Positions 36,453 through 48,201 of a stretch of 64,000 nt of DNA are shown piece by piece. Positions within the stretch are counted from its first letter, which is position 1. Each line of letters opens with the position of its first letter. Under the pieces are notes generated by a model. The model did no database searches. It was not told the origin of the DNA and worked only from the letters and a program-made list of their open reading frames with translations. A program made the position numbers and the translations under genes. This DNA comes from an uncultured beta proteobacterium (GTDB taxonomy: Bacteria > Pseudomonadota > Gammaproteobacteria > Burkholderiales > Casimicrobiaceae): contig CAVOXS010000003.1 of NCBI GenBank assembly GCA_963700415.1, forward strand, positions 45,256 to 109,255, read 5' to 3'.

Positions 36453-36857
36453 ATGAGCATCGGACAGGGCCGACCATTCGCCACTGCAGCCGGTTGGGGG
36501 CAGGAGTGGCAGCGGTTGGGCTGGACCGCGGTGAACCGTGCGATGAGGCACTACCTGCGCGGTTGCGCCGACGTCGTCATGGCGGGCACGCCAAGGGAAG
36601 CATGGGCGGCGCTGCACAGAACGCAGACCAGCCTGCTCAGGCATTCGGTGGAAACGCTCGCGCAGGCCGCCGGACTGTGGCGCAGGCAGAACACCGATCT
36701 GCGCGTCATCCGGACCGAACACGCGCCAGGATCCCGGGGAACCGACCGCCGAACCGACAGCGCCAGGATTTCGGTCCGGATGCGTCGTTGGCGAGGAGCG
36801 AGGAACTCCAGGACGTTCGCGCACCCGGATTACCTCCAGGCGCGTCGCGCGCATTAG
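36453..36857 (+). CDS. hypothetical protein (possibly phasin-like); weak call
   Basis: 134-aa ORF with high GC3 over the first ~80 codons (WGQEWQRLGWTAVNRAMRHYLRGCADVVMAGTPREAWAALHRTQTSLLRHSVETLAQAAGLW). The C-terminal third looks out of frame and the RBS spacing is poor. The opposite-strand ORF looks like a shadow. Confidence 0.3.
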   Translation: MSIGQGRPFATAAGWGQEWQRLGWTAVNRAMRHYLRGCADVVMAGTPREAWAALHRTQTSLLRHSVETLAQAAGLWRRQNTDLRVIRTEHAPGSRGTDRRTDSARISVRMRRWRGARNSRTFAHPDYLQARRAH

Positions 36858-36943
36858 TCTGCGGGTTCATGTGCAGAACCGGCCTGTGACCGACACCCAA
36901 AGATGGAGTCGATCTACGAACGGAAGCGCGCCGCGTTACACGC

Positions 36944-36970
36944 AGAAAAAAACCCGCGCGAGGCGGGTTT
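36944..36970 (-). terminator. Rho-independent terminator after tRNA-Cys
   Basis: On the minus strand: AAACCCGC-loop-GCGGGTTT followed by a T run (TTTTTTTCTGCG). Confidence 0.7.
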
Positions 36971-36982
36971 CATAGTGACTGT

Positions 36983-37056
36983 TGGAGGCGGGGGTCGGAA
37001 TCGAACCGGCGTAGACGGCTTTGCAGGCCGCTGCATGACCACTCTGCCACCCCGCC
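36983..37056 (-). tRNA. tRNA-Cys (anticodon GCA)
   Basis: The reverse complement reads GGCGGGGTGGCAGAGTGGTCATGCAGCGGCCTGCAAAGCCGTCTACGCCGGTTCGATTCCGACCCCCGCCTCCA (74 nt, clover-leaf consistent). Confidence 0.9.
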
Positions 37057-37090
37057 CGGGGGAGCGACCCGCGCGTCTGCGAAGGGTCGG

Positions 37091-37122
37091 GCAAACGAAA
37101 AGGGAGAGCCTGGCGCTCTCCC
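37091..37122 (-). terminator. terminator-like hairpin between tRNA-Gly and tRNA-Cys
   Basis: On the minus strand: GGGAGAGC-gccag-GCTCTCCC followed by TTTTCGTTTGC. Confidence 0.55.
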
Positions 37123-37131
37123 TCGGGAAAC

Positions 37132-37207
37132 TGGAGCGGGAAAGGAGTCTCGAACTCCCGACCTCAACCTTGGCAAGGTTGCGCTCTACCAACTGAGCTA
37201 TTCCCGC
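37132..37207 (-). tRNA. tRNA-Gly (anticodon GCC)
   Basis: The reverse complement reads GCGGGAATAGCTCAGTTGGTAGAGCGCAACCTTGCCAAGGTTGAGGTCGGGAGTTCGAGACTCCTTTCCCGCTCCA (76 nt). Confidence 0.9.
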
Positions 37208-37329
37208 GCTGGGTAATTCGTAATTATAGCGGAAAGCCGCCCGCTGTCAAAACGCGCAGCGCAGCGATCGATCGCCGCGGACGGGGCCACATACCCGGCG
37301 CATCCGGTTGTCCGGGGCGCCGCCGATCC

Positions 37330-38547
37330 TCAGCGCAGGACGTTCGCCACCGCCGCCGCAATGTCGTCGACGTTGCGCGAGTTGAGCGCCGCGACGCAGA
37401 CGCGTCCGGTCTCGATCGCGTAGATGGAGAACTCCTCGCGCAGCGTCTGCACCTGCTCCTTGGTCAGGTTGGAATAGGAGAACATCCCGCGCTGCGCCAG
37501 GATGAAGCGGAAGTCGGCGCCGGGAATGCGCTCGTGCAGCCGCTCGACGAGCGTCGCCCGCATCAGCTTGATGCGGTCGCGCATCGTGGCGAGCTCCGCC
37601 TCCCACAGCGCACGGAGCTCCGGCGAGCACAGCACGGTGCTGACGATCTGCGCGCCGTGCGTCGGCGGGTTCGAATAATTGGCGCGGATGAGCCGCTTCA
37701 GCTGCGACAGCACGCGCGCGGACTCGTCCTTGTCCGCGGTGACCATCGACAGTGCGCCGACGCGCTCGCCGTAAAGGGAGAACGACTTGGAGAACGAGCT
37801 CGTCACGAGGACCGGGCCGGGCGTCGCGGCGAAGCTGCGCACGACGGCGGCGTCGGCGTCGATGCCTTCGCCGAAACCCTGGTAGGCGAGGTCGAGAATA
37901 GGCACGAGCCCGCGCGCGCGGACCACGCCGATGATGCGCTTCCACTGCGCGGGCGTCGGATCGACGCCCGTCGGATTGTGGCAGCACGCGTGCAGCACGA
38001 CGATGGATCCCGGCGCGAGGCCCTCGAGCGCGGCGATCATGCCGGCGAAGTCGAGGCCGCGGGTCCCCGCGTCGTAATAGGGGTAGGTGCCGACGGCAAA
38101 CCCCGCGCCTTCGAACAGCGCGCGATGGTTCTCCCAGCTCGGATCGCTGATCCACACCTGCGCGCCGGGCGCGAAGCGGCGCAGGAAGTCGGCGCCGACC
38201 TTGAGCGCGCCGGTGCCGCCCAGCGTCTGCACGGTCACCACGCGGCCCTCGGCGATCGCCGCGGCGCTGGCGCCGAAGATCAGCGCGCGCGCCTCGCGGT
38301 CGTACGCCGGAATGCCGTCGATCGGCAGGTACGAGCGAGGCGAGGCGAGCTCGGTCAGCTCGCGCTCGGCGCGCTTCACGCACTCGAGCAGCGGTACCTT
38401 GCCGGACTCGTCGCAGTAGACGCCGACGCCGAGGTTGACCTTGCGCGGGTTCGGGTCGGCGTTGTAGGCCTCGGTGATGCCGAGTATGGGGTCGCGCGGG
38501 GCGAGCTCGACCGCGGACAGGAGCGAAGCGGGGACGGGAGCGTTCAT
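37330..38547 (-). CDS. aspartate/aromatic amino acid aminotransferase (class I, AspC/TyrB family)
   Basis: 405-aa ORF with PILGITEAYNADPNPRKVNLGVGVY, HACCHNPTG, the PLP lysine motif SSFSKSFSLYGERVG, and NYSNPP. Confidence 0.9.
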   Translation of the reverse strand: MNAPVPASLLSAVELAPRDPILGITEAYNADPNPRKVNLGVGVYCDESGKVPLLECVKRAERELTELASPRSYLPIDGIPAYDREARALIFGASAAAIAEGRVVTVQTLGGTGALKVGADFLRRFAPGAQVWISDPSWENHRALFEGAGFAVGTYPYYDAGTRGLDFAGMIAALEGLAPGSIVVLHACCHNPTGVDPTPAQWKRIIGVVRARGLVPILDLAYQGFGEGIDADAAVVRSFAATPGPVLVTSSFSKSFSLYGERVGALSMVTADKDESARVLSQLKRLIRANYSNPPTHGAQIVSTVLCSPELRALWEAELATMRDRIKLMRATLVERLHERIPGADFRFILAQRGMFSYSNLTKEQVQTLREEFSIYAIETGRVCVAALNSRNVDDIAAAVANVLR

Positions 38548-38702
38548 GGGCGTAGGTTCGTGGCAGTCGGCGGCGGGAATGGCGAATATTGTACCTTGCG
38601 CCGGCGTGCGCCGGCGCTATCGACAAGGCTCGCCACGCGGGCTAACGTGCGGCCTCCACCCGCGCGCCGCCTCCGCGCCGCGCATCGATCCGACCCGCCG
38701 CC

Positions 38703-40505
38703 ATGACTCCGGAAGCCGTTTCGCCGATTCCACCCGTCACCGCGCTGAAGACGCTCGCCCGTGTCGCCGTTTTCGTTCGACCGTACCGGCGGCAGCTGAT
38801 CTACGCGGCCGTCGCGCTCGTCGTCGCGGCGGCCGCCGTGCTTGCGGTCGGGCAGGGACTGAAGGGTGTCGTCGACCGCGGGTTCGGCACCGGCGATGCC
38901 GGCGAGCTCAACCGCACGCTGGCGCTGATGCTCGGCGTGGTCGTCGTGATGGCCGGCGCGACGTACACCCGGTTCTACTTCGTCTCCTGGATCGGGGAGC
39001 GGGTCACCGCCGATCTGCGGCGCGCGGTGTTCGACCATCTGCTCGGGCTGCCTCCGGGCTTCTTCGAGATGATGCGCACCGGCGACGTGATCTCGCGACT
39101 GATCAACGACACCGCGATGCTGGAGACGGTCATCGGCTCCAGCGCGTCGATGGCGATCCGCAACCTGCTGCTGCTGGCCGGCGGGCTCACGATGCTGGCG
39201 ATCACCAGCGCGAAGCTGACGCTGCTGGTGCTCGCGGGGGTGCCGGTGGTGGTCGTCCCGATCATCCTCTTCGGGCGGCGCGTGCGCCGGCTGGCGCGCG
39301 CGAGCCAGGACCGCGTCGGCGACGTCGGCGCCTACGTGGACGAGGCGCTGCACGAGGTGCGCACGGTCCAGGCGTATGGCCACGAGCCGGAGGACCGGCG
39401 GCGGTTCGGCGCGCGCGTCGAGGCCGCGTTCGCCGCCGGCGTGGCGCGGATCCGGCAGCGCGCGCTGCTGGTGGCGTCGGTGATCCTGCTCGTTTTCGGC
39501 GCGATCGGCGTCATCCTCTGGGTCGGCGGGCACGACGTCGTCGCCGGCACCCTCAGCGCCGGGCAGCTCTCGGCGTTCGTGTTCTACGCGGCGATCGTCG
39601 CCGGCGCGGTCGGCACGATCAGCGAGGTGATCGGCGAGCTCCAGCGCGCCGCGGGGGCCACCGAGCGGCTGTTCGAGCTGCTGGCCGTCGTTCCCGCAAT
39701 TCGTGCGCCGGAGCATCCGGTCGCCTTGCCGGCGCCCGCGCGAGGGACGGTCGCGTTCGACCGCGTGGTCTTCCGCTATCCGTCGCGGCCCGATACCGCG
39801 GCGCTCGACGACTTCACGCTGCAGGTGGCCGCCGGCGAGAACGTGGCGCTGGTCGGCGCGTCGGGCGCGGGCAAGACGACGGTGTTCCAGCTGCTGCTGC
39901 GCTTCTACGATCCGCAGGCGGGCGCGGTGCGCATCGACGGCGTCGACGTGCGCGACGCGGATCCGCGCGACGTGCGCGCCCGTCTCGCGGTCGTGCCGCA
40001 GGACCCCGTCATCTTCGCGACGAGCGTCCTCGAAAACGTCCGCTACGGGCGGCCGGACGCCGGCGAAGCCGAAGTGCGCGCCGCGTGCGAGGCGGCCTTC
40101 GCGGCCGAATTCGTCGCGCGGCTGCCGCAGGGATACGCCAGCAATCTCGGCGAGCGCGGCGTGCGGCTGTCCGGCGGGCAGCGGCAGCGGCTCGCGATCG
40201 CGCGGGCGATCCTCGCCGATCGCCCCATCCTGCTGCTGGACGAGGCGACGAGCGCGCTCGACGCCGAGAGCGAGCGCGTGGTCCAGCTCGCGCTCGAGCG
40301 CCTGATGGCCGGGCGCACCGTGCTGATCATCGCGCATCGACTGGCCACCGTGCGGCACGCGGACCGGATCGCGGTGATGGAGCGCGGCCGCGTCGTGGCC
40401 GTGGGCACGCACGACGAGCTGCTGGTCCGCAGTCCGCTTTATGCGCGGCTGGCCGCGCTGCAGTTCGCAGGGGAGGGGTGGAGCGGACCGCGCGAATCGC
40501 AGTAA
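38703..40505 (+). CDS. ABC exporter, fused permease/ATP-binding protein (ABCB/MsbA-like)
   Basis: 600-aa ORF with six N-terminal TM helices, Walker A GASGAGKTT, signature LSGGQRQR and Walker B LLLDEATSALD. Confidence 0.9.
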   Translation: MTPEAVSPIPPVTALKTLARVAVFVRPYRRQLIYAAVALVVAAAAVLAVGQGLKGVVDRGFGTGDAGELNRTLALMLGVVVVMAGATYTRFYFVSWIGERVTADLRRAVFDHLLGLPPGFFEMMRTGDVISRLINDTAMLETVIGSSASMAIRNLLLLAGGLTMLAITSAKLTLLVLAGVPVVVVPIILFGRRVRRLARASQDRVGDVGAYVDEALHEVRTVQAYGHEPEDRRRFGARVEAAFAAGVARIRQRALLVASVILLVFGAIGVILWVGGHDVVAGTLSAGQLSAFVFYAAIVAGAVGTISEVIGELQRAAGATERLFELLAVVPAIRAPEHPVALPAPARGTVAFDRVVFRYPSRPDTAALDDFTLQVAAGENVALVGASGAGKTTVFQLLLRFYDPQAGAVRIDGVDVRDADPRDVRARLAVVPQDPVIFATSVLENVRYGRPDAGEAEVRAACEAAFAAEFVARLPQGYASNLGERGVRLSGGQRQRLAIARAILADRPILLLDEATSALDAESERVVQLALERLMAGRTVLIIAHRLATVRHADRIAVMERGRVVAVGTHDELLVRSPLYARLAALQFAGEGWSGPRESQ

Positions 40506-40544
40506 AATACACGGTTTCCCCGCGCGTCCCCGGATCCCCTCGCC

Positions 40545-42575
<2,031 letters not shown>

Positions 42576-42659
42576 ACGGGGTCACTGAACGGGGTTCAAC
42601 GTATCTGAACGCAATGGCCGGTTGCGCGATCGCGCGCGGCCGATGATACTCATGCCGTC

Positions 42660-43166
42660 ATGAACGCTGAGCGCACGGTCGAGCCCGCCGCGGCTGTCCT
42701 TTTCGTCTGCCTGGGCAACATATGCCGTTCCCCGACGGCGGAGGGCGTCTTCCGCGTCGCCCTGCAGCGAGCGGGCCTTGCCGATCGCGTCCTGACGGAC
42801 TCTGCCGGACTCGGCGACTGGCACATCGGCGCGCCACCCGATCGCCGCGCCATCCAGGCGGCGCGCCGGCGCGGGTACGACCTCACCGCGTTGCGCGGAC
42901 GGCAGGTCGAGCCGGCCGACTTCACGCGATTCGGCTGGATCCTCGGCATGGACGAATCGAACCTGCGCGGGCTCACCGCGATGAAGCCCCCGGATTTCGG
43001 GGGCCACCTCGGGCTGCTGCTCGAGTTCGCGCCGCAGACGCAATTGCGCGAGATACCGGATCCGTACTACGGCGGCCCCGAGGGCTTCGACCGTGTTCTC
43101 GATCTCATCGAGGCCGCGGCGGCCGGGCTCGTCGCGCGTCTGCAGTCCGCATCCCGGCGCGTCTGA
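42660..43166 (+). CDS. low molecular weight protein-tyrosine phosphatase
   Basis: 168-aa ORF with the active site VCLGNICRSPTAEG and a DPYYG loop. Confidence 0.9.
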   Translation: MNAERTVEPAAAVLFVCLGNICRSPTAEGVFRVALQRAGLADRVLTDSAGLGDWHIGAPPDRRAIQAARRRGYDLTALRGRQVEPADFTRFGWILGMDESNLRGLTAMKPPDFGGHLGLLLEFAPQTQLREIPDPYYGGPEGFDRVLDLIEAAAAGLVARLQSASRRV

Positions 43167-43181
43167 CCGGCGCATGCACGA

Positions 43182-43663
43182 TCAGTAGATGCCGGCGGCG
43201 AGTCCCGCGGCGAGCGTCGCGCCGATCTCGCGGCAGCGGGCCAGCGACGTCCGCGGGAATGGTCGCCGGCTGCGCGGTCCGCCCGCTCTTGTGAGATGAG
43301 CCCCGGATGCACCTTGTGCAGCCGCAGCCCGGTCGCCACGCGGTCGACGTCGCGCATCGCGCCGGTGCCGTCGGTCCCGGCGCAGACGAGCACGGCATAG
43401 GCCCGGCCTTCGAGCCTGCCTTCGCAGGGGTAGTACACGCGCTCGAGGAAGTCCTTGACCATGCCCGCCATGCCGCCGAAATTCTCGGACGTGGCGATGA
43501 GCAGCGCGTTCGCCGCGACAAGATCCGGCACGCCGGCATCCGCGGCGCGCCGGAGCACGGTGTCGACCTCGGCGATCGATCGCGCGCCGGCGCAGGCGGC
43601 CTCGGCCATCTGCGCCGTGCCGCCGAACTGCGTGTGGTAGACGATCAGCAGCCGCTTCATCAC
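43182..43663 (-). pseudogene. flavodoxin-like fold NAD(P)H-dependent oxidoreductase, probably two +1 frame breaks near 43290 and 43245
   Basis: MMKRLLIVYHTQFGGTAQMAEAA...ATSENFGGMAGMVKDFLERVYYP...VLVCAGTDGTGA...GLRLHKVHPGLI is followed by RTAQPATIPADV, then LARCREIGATLAAGLAAGIY*, in successive frames. The span is 482 nt (3n+2). Confidence 0.7.
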
Positions 43664-43742
43664 CGTTCGATCGTAGCATCCGCAGGAAAGCGAAGGCGGG
43701 CACGCGGCCCGCCTTCGTCTTCGGCAACCAGCGGCGCGACGG

Positions 43743-46617
43743 TCAACCCGCCGGCGGCTGCCCTTCCTTGTGCGTCTCGACGATCTGCAGCGGCTCGTCG
43801 GGGATGACGACGCGCGGCGGCCGCACGCGGCGCGGTCCGGCAGGCGGCGCCGGGTCGGGTTCGGGCATGGGCACCGCTTTCGATCGCGTCTCGACGAGCT
43901 CGAGGCCGGAATCGGCGGGGAGCGTCATCGACACGCTCGGCAACGCCTCGATCGGGCGCGGCGGCGGCGCCGCAGGCCGGGCGGCGCAACGGCCTCCGGC
44001 GCGACGGCTGCAGGAGCCGCGACCGGCGCGACCGACACGTTCGACTTCCGCCGGTGCGGTGGCGCGTTCGGTTTCCGCCGGCGCGATGGCGCGTTCGGTT
44101 TCCAGCGGCGCGACGGCGCGCGGCGGTTCGACGGCTTGCAGTGGCGGCACGGGAGCCATCGGCGGCGCGATGTCGGCTTGAGGGGCGTGCGCGACCTCCG
44201 CCACGCGCGCGGGGGCCTCCGGCAGCACCGGTGCCTCGGCGTCATCGACGCGTGCTCCGGTGCCGGCGGTCGCGCGACCTCCGGACGCTCGCCACGGTCG
44301 CCGCGGCGGTGACGGTCACGGCGGCGGCGGTTGCCGTCGCCGCCTTCACGCGGAACGGCAGCCTGATCCAACGGACGCTCCATTCCCGGCTCGGCGGCCT
44401 CGATGGCGGGCAGGGTGGCATCCGCGCTGACAGGCGGCTGCGACGCGGTTCGCGGGGCGGACGAGGCTCGCGCGGCGGCTGACCCTCACGCGGCGGCTGA
44501 CCTCGCGCGGGCTCACGCGGCGGCACGCGGTTCGCGCGGTGGCCGGGCTTCGCGGGGCGGCTGACCATCGCGTGGCGGCTGACCATCGCGCGGCGGTCGC
44601 TGCTCACGCGGCGGACGCGGCTCGCGCGGCGGCTGTCCTTCGCGCGGCGCCTGACCGTCCCGGCGCTGACCCTGCGCGCCCTGCTGCGGACGCGCGTCGC
44701 CGCGACCCGCCGCGATTGTCGCCGACCGTCGCCGCGGCGCTCGTCGCGCCGGCCCTGGCCGCGACCGCGGTCGCGATCTCCGCGGCCGTCCCGGTCGCTG
44801 CGGCCGTCTCGCGCTTCGCGGCGCGGTTCGCGGCCTTCGCGCGGCGCTTCCGCTCGTGGCGGCGGCGCCGGAATGGCCGGCTCGCTGCGGAACCAGCCCA
44901 GGACCCCGGCGAGCCAGCCGGTCGAGTTCCGCGGCGCGCGCGGCGGCGCAACCGGCGCGGGCGTGGGTACCTCCACCGGAACGGGCGCCGGCTCGGCCGG
45001 CGTGATGCCCTTGACCGCCGCCTCCTGCCGCGGCTCCTTCGCTTCCTCCTTCATCTGCTGGACGCGGTCGGGCTCCTCCGGCTGCGTGACGAGGTTGAAG
45101 CTCAGCGGCAGCGGCTCGCTCTGGTTGAGGTCGTCGTGGCGCAGCCGCTCGATCGTGTAGTTCGGCGTCTCCAGATGGCGGTTCGGCACGAGCAGCACGT
45201 TGACCTTGAACCGCGTTTCGATCGACAGCACTTCCGTGCGCTTTTCGTTGAGCAGGAAGGTCGCGACGTCGACCGGCACCTGCGCGACGATCTGCGCGGT
45301 GTTTTCCTTCATCGCCTCTTCCTGCAGGATGCGCAGGATGTGGAGCGCGGTCGATTCGGTGCCGCGGATGTGGCCGATGCCGTGGCAGCGCGGGCAGGGG
45401 ATGTACGCCGACTCGGCGAGCGCCGGGCGCAGCCGCTGGCGCGACAGTTCCATCAGGCCGAAGCGGGAGATCTTGCCCAGCTGGACGCGCGCGCGGTCGT
45501 AGCGCAGCGCTTCCTTGAGGCGATTCTCGACCTCGCGCTGGTTCTTCGCGCTCTCCATGTCGATGAAGTCGATGACGATGAGGCCGCCCAGGTCGCGCAG
45601 GCGCAGCTGGCGGGCGATCTCGTCGGCGGCCTCGAGATTGGTGTTGAACGCGGTCGCCTCGATGTCGCCGCCCTTGGTCGCGCGTGCCGAGTTGACGTCG
45701 ACCGAGACCAGCGCCTCGGTGTGGTCGATGACGATCGCGCCGCCGGAGGGCAGCGGCACCTGCCGCGCGTACGCGGTCTCGATCTGGTGCTCGATCTGGA
45801 AGCGCGAGAACAGCGGCACGTCGTCCTTGTAGAGCTTGACGCGATGCACGTTGGCCGGCATCACGTGGCTCATGAACTGCTGCGCCTGCTCGTAGATCGC
45901 CTCGGTGTCGATCAGGAGCTCGCCGATGTCCGGCTGGAAGTAGTCGCGGATCGCGCGGATGACGAGGCTCGATTCCTGGTAGATCAGGAACGCGCCGGAC
46001 TGCAGCTTCGACGCGTCCTCGATGGCGCGCCACAGCTGCAGCAGGTAGTTCAGGTCCCACTGCAGCTCTTCGCTGCCGCGGCCGATGCCGGCGGTGCGGG
46101 CGATGACGCTCATGCCCGCGGGAACGTCGAGCCCGCCGATGGCGTCGCGCAGCTCGTTGCGCTCCTCGCCTTCGATGCGGCGCGACACGCCGCCGCCGCG
46201 CGGGTTGTTCGGCATCAGCACCAGGTAGCGACCGGCCAGCGAGATGTAGGTCGTGAGCGCCGCGCCCTTGTTGCCGCGCTCGTCCTTGTCGACCTGGACG
46301 ATCAGCTCCATGCCCTCCTTGAGCTGATTCTGGATGCGCCGCGCCCGGCGCCTTCGCCTTCGTCGCCGTCCGGCCACGCCCTTGAGGAACTGGCGCGCGA
46401 TCTCCTTGAACGGCAGGAAGCCGTGGCGCTCGGTGCCGTAGTCGACGAAGCAGGCCTCGAGGCTGGGCTCGACGCGGGTGATGACGGCCTTGTAGATGTT
46501 GCTCTTGCGTTGCTCCTTGCTCGCGGACTCGATGTCGAGGTCGACCAGTTTCTGGCCGTCGACGATCGCCACCCGGAGCTCCTCCGCCTGGGTGGCGTTG
46601 AACAGCATGCGCTTCAT
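43743..46617 (-). pseudogene. rne: ribonuclease E; catalytic N-terminal half intact, Arg/Pro-rich repetitive C-terminal half with several frame changes
   Basis: ATG at 46617 ([24 protein letters not shown]). It has the S1, DNase I-like and Zn-link regions ([65 protein letters not shown]). As it stands the ORF stops at 44242. The family-typical C-terminal end (...SGLELVETR...LQIVETHKEGQPPAG*) is ORF 43743..44228 in another frame. The total span is 2875 nt (3n+1). Confidence 0.85.
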
Positions 46618-47235
46618 AGTTTTTTCCCGGCGCGAATCCGGCCGGGCGTGGGCGGGGTCGAAACGGAGGCCGCGCGCTGCGCGGCCGTACGCTATCGAGC
46701 GGCGGACGCGGGCAAAGTCGACCGCACGGCAGCGGTGGCTGCGGGCGAACGAGAGCGGGGTGGACGCTGCCTGGTGCAGGCTCGCGTCGGCCTCGACAAT
46801 GGCGAGGCGGTACGGTCTCGTCGGTGCGGTGGGCTTCGTGATTGCGTTCAAGCGGTTTGGCTCAGGGCTGTCGGCCGCATCGACGAAGGGTCGCGAACAA
46901 TCGCGAATCGCGAAGCGGGGGACGGCCGAGGCAGAAATAGTCGCTAAGTGCGCCGCGCAATGCGCCGCTTCGAACCGGCCGCATGCCGGGTGCGGAGACT
47001 GCGCTCTTCCTTTAACATCCCTACTTTTCCGGGGCGCAACGCCCGGACGGTCAGTGGATTTAACCGGCGGCCGGTTTACGCAAAATGCCACGGCCGTCTT
47101 TGCCCCACAGCGCGGGGCTGTCGCCTGACCGGCAGGACCCTCGCCATCCTCCGATGATCGAGTGTGCCGCCAAACGGCCGCGATCGTTGGATCGCGCCGG
47201 GATCAAGCGTGCTGCAGGGCATAATTATTAGGCAT
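46618..47235 (-). promoter_or_regulatory. long rne 5' leader / rne-rluC divergent control region
   Basis: A 618-nt gap holds no credible ORF between divergent rne and rluC. RNase E genes are known to have long structured autoregulatory 5' UTRs. No specific structure has been verified here. Confidence 0.4.
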
Positions 47236-48201
47236 ATGAATGATTTAAGCAAGGATGCTGTGAACTGGCTTGCAGTGGGCGAGGACGCGCAGGGTCAGCG
47301 CATCGACAATTTCCTCGTCAAGATCCTCAAGGGCGTCCCCAAGAGCCACATCTACCGGATCCTGCGCAGCGGCGAGGTTCGCGTGAACCGCCGCAAGGTC
47401 GGACCCGATGCGCGGCTGGAGGCCGGCGACCAGCTCCGGATCCCTCCGATCCGGGCTTCGGCGCCTGCGCGCAAGCCCGGACCGGAGGTCATGGGCCGCG
47501 TTGCGGTGCCCCCCATATTGTTCGAGGACGACGCGCTGATCGTGCTCGACAAGCCCGCCGGTCTCGCCGTCCACGGCGGCAGCGGCATTTCGTTCGGCGT
47601 CATCGAGCGGCTGCGGCACGCGCGCCCCGAGGCGCCCTTTCTCGAGCTCGTGCACCGGCTCGACCGCGACACCTCGGGCGCGCTCGTCATCGCGAAGAAG
47701 CGGAGCGCACTGACGGGATTGCACGCGCAGCTGCGCGACGGCGCGATCGACAAGCGCTACTACGTCCTGGTCCGGGGCAAGTGGCGCGACGCGCTGCGCG
47801 CGGTTGAATTGTCGCTTACGAGCCACGTGACCGGCGACGGCGAGCGGCGCGTTCGCGTCGACTCGGGCGGCAGGCTCGCGCGCACCGTCTTCCGGCGCGT
47901 GAAGGTGTGGCCGCAGGCGATGCCGCCCGTTGCCTTGCTCGAAGCCGAGCTCGAGACCGGACGCACGCACCAGATCCGCGTCCACCTGACGCATCTCGGA
48001 TTTCCGCTGGCCGGCGACGACAAGTACGGCGATTTCGCGTGGAACAAGGCGCTGGCGCGACAGGGCCTGAAGCGCATGTTCCTGCACGCGCACCGGATCC
48101 GCTTCACGCACCCGGTCGACGGCCGCGAAGTCGTCGTCGCTGCGCCGCTTGCGCCGGAGCTCGCCGCGTTCGTCGCTCGCCTCGATGCCGCCGATGGCTG
48201 A
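47236..48201 (+). CDS. rluC: 23S rRNA pseudouridine synthase RluC (RluA family with S4 domain)
   Basis: ATG at 47236 (MNDLSKDAVNWLAVGEDAQGQRIDNFL). It has the S4 domain, the catalytic motif HRLDRDTSG, and GRTHQIRVHL. It is divergent from rne, as in many proteobacteria. Confidence 0.85.
   Translation: MNDLSKDAVNWLAVGEDAQGQRIDNFLVKILKGVPKSHIYRILRSGEVRVNRRKVGPDARLEAGDQLRIPPIRASAPARKPGPEVMGRVAVPPILFEDDALIVLDKPAGLAVHGGSGISFGVIERLRHARPEAPFLELVHRLDRDTSGALVIAKKRSALTGLHAQLRDGAIDKRYYVLVRGKWRDALRAVELSLTSHVTGDGERRVRVDSGGRLARTVFRRVKVWPQAMPPVALLEAELETGRTHQIRVHLTHLGFPLAGDDKYGDFAWNKALARQGLKRMFLHAHRIRFTHPVDGREVVVAAPLAPELAAFVARLDAADG

Noticed and set aside
32986-37207. A genomic island or prophage integrated at the tRNA genes.
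   Set aside because: I could find no integrase, transposase, phage genes or direct repeat of a tRNA 3' end. I kept it only as a low-interest synteny observation.
40506-40544. A possible SOS box upstream of uvrB (the sequence ...gcagtaaaatacacgg ends with an ACGG half-site).
   Set aside because: Only the right half resembles the CCGT-N8-ACGG boxes. The left half does not match, so I make no operator call.
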